Origin: Planctomycetota bacterium
Lineage (GTDB): Bacteria; Planctomycetota; SZUA-567; H5-PLA8
Direction of reading: 5' to 3'
NCBI GenBank assembly: GCA_038227875.1
Contig: JBBRPR010000075.1
Location: 1-39,187 of the forward strand
DNA: 39,187 bases
Of the stretch, positions 37,315-39,187 are shown one piece after another. The notes under the pieces are model-generated. The model did not search any database and was not told the DNA's origin. It worked only from the letters and a program-made list of their open reading frames with translations. The first letter of the stretch is position 1. Each line of letters starts with the position of its first letter. Made by a program: the position numbers and the translations under genes.

Positions 37315-37641
37315 ATGCGCGCGATCATTGTTCCGGTGGTTACTTCAGTCCTGTCCTTCTGTGGTTATCATGCCTACCAGTCCCACACCTCTCGTGGTCC
37401 TGAACGCGGCTATGGTCACACTGTACGGCCGGAAGTCCGAACCGCCGAAGCCAGTCACCCTGACTACCGCCTTAAACCCTACGGCCATGACCGCATCGAT
37501 GCTCACAGCGGTTACGAAGGATCCCGCCACCATGAGCACGACGCCAATCGCACATTCCGCCCCGATCACGCCGCTGGTCCCGACCATCGCGACCGGTCTG
37601 GGCAGCAACAGCGCCTCACTTTTAGTGGTTTTAATTCATAA
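37315..37641 (+). CDS. Small hypothetical protein with hydrophobic N-terminus and His/Arg/Asp-rich tail
   Basis: AAGGAGG RBS before ATG 37315; no recognisable domain. Confidence 0.45.
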   Translation: MRAIIVPVVTSVLSFCGYHAYQSHTSRGPERGYGHTVRPEVRTAEASHPDYRLKPYGHDRIDAHSGYEGSRHHEHDANRTFRPDHAAGPDHRDRSGQQQRLTFSGFNS

Positions 37642-37894
37642 ACACCACCAAGCAGGGCCGTCGTGCTTGTTGACGACGGCCTTGCGCCAATGCGTTAGAA
37701 CTCGCGCCACAACTGAAAGAGAAAATAGTTGTATGCAGAGTTCAACATGAATCTGTGAATGGAATTCAATACGAATCCGGAACTCGCCAGGACGCAACTT
37801 CTGTTTCTGGTGCTATCGTCGCGCTGTAATATCGCCGAGCATCTGGATTGTCTGGTCGGGCGGGTTCCTTACGCCGCTAGATCGACTTTCGAAT

Positions 37895-38863
37895 TTAATG
37901 TTTGCGACACACGAATAGCAGCGTCACAAGCAGTACTGGTATCAGCGCCGCAATGATAACGAGATGCAGTTGCTGCCAGCGAACCTCCCATTTACTGGGA
38001 CTGACAAGACGCTCTGCGCGGCCGGTTACTACAATCTTTTCCGGCTCTGCGAGGTCCGCTTTCATTTCACTGGCGCTCTGATATCGATCATTGAGCTTGC
38101 GCGCCATTGCATGCACAATGAGTTCCTCGACCTGGGCTGTGATTTTCGCCTCGATTTTTCGTGGTGCTATAGCGTCCCCCACCAGGCGAATATTCATTGA
38201 ATAGTATGGATCTTCGGCGGCAAACGGCAGCACTCCCGTTGTGAGTTGGTATAAGATCACGCCCAGACTGTAGAGATCCGATCGCGCGTCGCCGCGCTTT
38301 CCTCTGACCTGTTCGGGCGAAATGTAGTCCGGTGTTCCCATACTTGATGAAAATCCGGAAATCGTGAGTTTTCTAAATGCCGCATTAGACAATCCAAAAT
38401 CAAGCAGCCGCATACTGCCGTCTTTGCAAAGCATGATGTTGTCAGGCTTCAAATCTTGATGCACAACTCCGCTGGAATGGGTAAATTCCAGCGCCTCGCA
38501 AATCTTGAAAGCAACCCTCAAGGATTCTTCTATGGTAAAGGACTTCTGTTCGCGCAAAAGCTGTCCAAGCGTCTTTCCGTCGAGGTACTCCATGGCGATG
38601 TAAGGACGGCTGCGTTCTTTTACCGGAATAATCCGAACCATATACGGATGATGGAGCTTGTCGCCGATCTCCAATTCGCGCTGAAACGAAGAGTAGAAAA
38701 TTGGGTCGCTCTCATAGCGCAGCAGCGGTACCTTAATCGCCACCGTTTCCCCGCTGGTGGAGTCGATTGCTTTGAATATTGTTGCCATCCCGCCGCGACA
38801 AAGCTGTTCAACAATCTGGAATCGACGATCCAGAACATTGCCAGTTTCAACCTCATAGGACAT
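37895..38863 (-). CDS. Hanks-type Ser/Thr protein kinase with C-terminal TM anchor
   Basis: RGGMATIFKA, VAIK, HQDLKPDN, DFG, GTPDYISPEQ, SDLYSLG, C-terminal hydrophobic helix. Confidence 0.93.
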   Translation of the reverse strand: MSYEVETGNVLDRRFQIVEQLCRGGMATIFKAIDSTSGETVAIKVPLLRYESDPIFYSSFQRELEIGDKLHHPYMVRIIPVKERSRPYIAMEYLDGKTLGQLLREQKSFTIEESLRVAFKICEALEFTHSSGVVHQDLKPDNIMLCKDGSMRLLDFGLSNAAFRKLTISGFSSSMGTPDYISPEQVRGKRGDARSDLYSLGVILYQLTTGVLPFAAEDPYYSMNIRLVGDAIAPRKIEAKITAQVEELIVHAMARKLNDRYQSASEMKADLAEPEKIVVTGRAERLVSPSKWEVRWQQLHLVIIAALIPVLLVTLLFVCRKH

Positions 38864-39048
38864 GTGTGGTCCCTGCAGTGTTCGTGTACAATACCTGATT
38901 AGACATTAGTTATTTATTAAAAGCATCAGCGACGGCATAAAACGTTTGTTAAACACGAGTACTAGCGCGGAGTGCCGACGATATCGTTGTTTACGAAGCG
39001 ATCGTGATGGATTCGCGCGTTGGAATATGGCGCGGACGCTCGTGTGAG

Positions 39049-39187
39049 TGACCTGCTCCCCAAAAACTGAACCAGGTGTTATGAGAGTTCTTAGGCCTGA
39101 AGAGGCCGGAAGGGATTCTCATGAAACGCAAGAGGCACAGTCCAGAGCAGATCATCGCCAAGCTGAGGGAGGCGGATACGGCGCTCA
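39049..39187 (+). mobile_element. Left end of an IS3-family insertion sequence (IS407-group-like), truncated by the window edge
   Basis: Terminal TGACCTGCTCCCCAAAAACTGAACCAG begins with TG and is followed by an OrfA start at 39121. Confidence 0.8.
39121..39187 (+). CDS. IS3-family transposase OrfA, N-terminal fragment
   Basis: MKRKRHSPEQIIAKLREADTAL is a typical IS3/IS407 HTH N-terminus. Confidence 0.85.
   Translation, partial: MKRKRHSPEQIIAKLREADTAL

Noticed and set aside
1..39187. rRNA, tRNA or prophage genes
   Set aside because: No recognisable cloverleaf, rRNA motif or phage structural gene by eye; a tRNAscan/Infernal run would be needed to exclude small RNAs.

Overview
GC-rich bacterial genomic window. 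The secreted WD40/HEAT proteins, HDOD protein, large secreted glycosidase-like proteins and several Ser/Thr kinases suggest a PVC/Planctomycetota-type organism, which is inference only. Left to right it contains: a two-kinase signalling pair and an HDOD gene; P-II, a PfkB kinase and purine nucleoside phosphorylase; a WD40 protein; a polyol-catabolism operon (two MtlD-like dehydrogenases, an FGGY kinase and an SDR); two glycoside-hydrolase-like genes; and an SF2 helicase divergent from a five-gene PknG-type operon (coiled-coil protein, PknG-like kinase, vWA, zinc-ribbon-FHA, GlnX-like 4-TM sensor), with two perfect palindromes between them. An accessory region follows, with a frameshifted secreted GH, a Zn-finger/HU-like fusion, an ADP-ribosylglycohydrolase preceded by an NrtR-like operator, a TPR protein, an HExxH protein, a lipoprotein, a VOC protein and a Ser/Thr kinase. 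The window ends in the left end of an IS3-family element. Four genes carry single lesions (two +1 homopolymer frameshifts, two in-frame TGA). No rRNA, tRNA or CRISPR array was seen. The best candidate for an undescribed system is the PknG-vWA-FHA-GlnX operon, which lacks GlnH and PP2C genes, together with its palindromic upstream region and divergent helicase.
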